Assembly: GCA_035297365.1 (NCBI GenBank)
Contig: DATGZA010000047.1
Span: forward strand, 1 to 32,812
DNA length: 32,812 nt
Origin: Nitrososphaeraceae archaeon
GTDB taxonomy: Archaea > Thermoproteota > Nitrososphaeria > Nitrososphaerales > Nitrososphaeraceae
Direction of reading: 5' to 3'
In this document: positions 30,751-32,812 of the stretch, one piece after another
Position numbering within the stretch: the first letter of the stretch is position 1
How the letters are laid out: each line of letters begins with the position of its first letter
Program-made: the position numbers and the translations under genes
Notes under the pieces: generated by a model
Seen by the model: only the letters and a program-made list of their open reading frames with translations
What the model was told of the DNA's origin: nothing
Database searches by the model: none

Positions 30751-31332
30751 TTGAATAAAAAAATAACAATAAACTTTCTTATTAAAAACTCTGTATCTAT
30801 AATAATAGTAGTTGTAATTTTCATTATATCAATTGTTGGTACTTGCGGTGTTTTATTGATAAATGGTCAAGCACCTTCCTCATCAAATATTGATATTTCC
30901 CAATGTGATAAAGTGATAAATGCCACTTCCTCAACAGGGATGATACATGGAAGTATAACTAATGATTGTATAAACGGAGGAAAAAGTAATGATATTTTGT
31001 ACGGCGGATTGGGTTATGATATTTTAAATGGAAACGAAGGTGATGATGAACTAATAGGTGATTCTGGGAACGATAAATTGTATGGTGGACTAGGAGATGA
31101 TGATTTAGTTGGCAATTTAGGAGACGATCTACTTGACGGTGGAGATGGAAATGATGTACTTAAAGGAAATAAAGGTAATGATAAATTGATAGGAGGAAAT
31201 GGTGATGATACGTTGATAGGTAATTCGGGTGCTGATTTTTACATATGTGGATCAGGAAATGATATCATAGTACAGTTTAACAATTTGAACGGAGATAGAA
31301 AAACTGCAGATTGTGAAACAGTAACAAGATAA
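30751..31332 (+). CDS. Secreted/anchored RTX (hemolysin-type) calcium-binding repeat protein
   Basis: N-terminal hydrophobic segment followed by 12 consecutive GGxGxDxLx-like nonapeptides. Confidence 0.9.
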   Translation: MNKKITINFLIKNSVSIIIVVVIFIISIVGTCGVLLINGQAPSSSNIDISQCDKVINATSSTGMIHGSITNDCINGGKSNDILYGGLGYDILNGNEGDDELIGDSGNDKLYGGLGDDDLVGNLGDDLLDGGDGNDVLKGNKGNDKLIGGNGDDTLIGNSGADFYICGSGNDIIVQFNNLNGDRKTADCETVTR

Positions 31333-32019
31333 AAATGAAATAATGAATATTATTTTAGTTTCTATTATTATTACTATTATTGTTGTTGTTATTGGTCTAC
31401 CCTAAAATAATATTTTTTTCAGATTTTAATTAATAAATTTTCAAAAATATTTTATTTAAATATAACAACTATTATTATCTTCTAAACATCTTATTAATTT
31501 AAAAATCTCTTTTCATTCATTTGCCATAATCTAAATTCTGATTAAGAAATTCATCTAACGCAATCAAAAATAGATCTCATTAATTAACTTTTTAATTTGA
31601 AGGTTATTTTTATTTTTAGATTATTATTGACAATATGAAAATTGTATAAACTTATGATAGTAAGAGGGATTCAAATTTCATTCCATGATTGATTATAACA
31701 AAAAGAAGATCAATCACGAGTTAAAAACCGTGCTGGAACGATTTCATTCTCATGAAGTTGAGGTCCTATGTTGAATTGTAAAAAGACTTGATTTAATTCT
31801 TTTATTAATATTATCAAGTTTTATTTTCAAATAGTCAACCGTAAAATAGATCAAAAATATTATTTCCTGGATTTTATTTAGTCTTGCATCATTTCTTGTG
31901 TCATTTATTTTATTTATTATTTATAATTTTATGTTCTTCTTTCTTTAATTATTTTTATTCTTCAATTCTATATGATAATCTATATTATTTTAAGGTTATT
32001 TTTCATTTTAAATTATTAC

Positions 32020-32812
32020 CTATGTGCCTATTTGTTCTGTATATGTTAATAAAGTAAATCCAAATGTGGCTCCACCAATTTTTTTATCGTTATTCATACC
32101 CCATATCTTACCACCATGAGCCTCAACGATATTTTTTGAAATATACAATCCTAAACCTGTACCTTTATCTGATTTCGTTGCAAATTTTTGAAATAATCTT
32201 GATAAGATCTCTGGATCTATTCCCCTACCATCGTCCTCTATACTTATTTTTACTACCTTATCATCTGATTTTATTATTTTAATCATTATTTGTCCATTTT
32301 CTGTAAATTTGTAGGCATTAGATAACAAATTAAGTAGCACTTGTTGTATCCTATTTTTATCTGCATAAACGAACATTTTGTCACTTTCGTTATTTATAAT
32401 TTTATCTGTATACATTTCATTATTGTATACTATTTTGAAACTATTATTTTTTGTATTTTGAGATCGATTTATAAAATCTTTTATTGTGTCATAAACTAAT
32501 TGAGTGATATCAAATTTTTCTTTGACTAGTTTTAGAGTATTACTCTCTATTCTTGAAACATCCAAAATATCCTCTGTTAATCTGTAAAGTCTTTCTGAAT
32601 TTCTTTCTAAAGGTTCTAGATATTTTTGAAAATTTTCTGGAAATCTTTTTACCATTTCTATATAACCAATTATAGATTGAGTTGGTGTTCTTAATTCATG
32701 TGCAGCTACGTTGATAAATTCTTTTTGCATCATATCATTCTTTTGCAAATCTTCATTTGCTGATAAAAGCCTTTTATTAGATTCTTCTAGCTGTATTGTT
32801 CTATGTTTTACT
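32020..32812 (-). CDS. Sensor histidine kinase, C-terminal HisKA + HATPase part (5' end outside the window)
   Basis: H box AAHELRTP, N box NLLSNAYKFT, G1 DDGRGI, G2 GTGLGL. The frame stays open from 32748 to the window edge (VKHRTIQLEESNKRLLSANEDL). Confidence 0.93.
   Translation of the reverse strand, partial: VKHRTIQLEESNKRLLSANEDLQKNDMMQKEFINVAAHELRTPTQSIIGYIEMVKRFPENFQKYLEPLERNSERLYRLTEDILDVSRIESNTLKLVKEKFDITQLVYDTIKDFINRSQNTKNNSFKIVYNNEMYTDKIINNESDKMFVYADKNRIQQVLLNLLSNAYKFTENGQIMIKIIKSDDKVVKISIEDDGRGIDPEILSRLFQKFATKSDKGTGLGLYISKNIVEAHGGKIWGMNNDKKIGGATFGFTLLTYTEQIGT

Noticed and set aside
31333-32282. Short ORFs in the RTX-kinase spacer and ORF 32064..32282
   Set aside because: No recognisable motifs, and the latter is antisense to the histidine kinase.

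Overview
AT-rich (roughly 28% GC by eye) archaeal chromosome segment. Its gene content (PolD DP1/DP2, Cdc6, stand-alone CdvA, long ThyX, GGGP synthase) points to an ammonia-oxidising Nitrososphaerota (thaumarchaeal) host; this is an inference. The centre holds the replication origin (two identical 26-bp ORB boxes upstream of cdc6) inside a replication/division/dTMP cluster (glyA, polC, GGGPS, cdc6, polB, cdvA, thyX, fen). The left 2.4 kb is a decaying integrated element downstream of tRNA-Val(TAC). It carries a truncated integrase, several nonsense or frameshifted genes, and a GC-rich three-repeat beta-trefoil lectin gene with one in-frame TAG that the ORF track only partly captures. The right end is accessory: small hypotheticals, a PPOX-like pseudogene beside an IS5-type transposase remnant, an MFS transporter, an RTX-repeat protein and a partial histidine kinase. 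The best candidate for a new system lies beside oriC: a two-gene module (a small Tfx-like HTH protein and a membrane-anchored coiled-coil winged-helix protein) overlaid by a dense TGTGAT/ATCACA repeat array, suggestive of an origin-tethering or segregation system.
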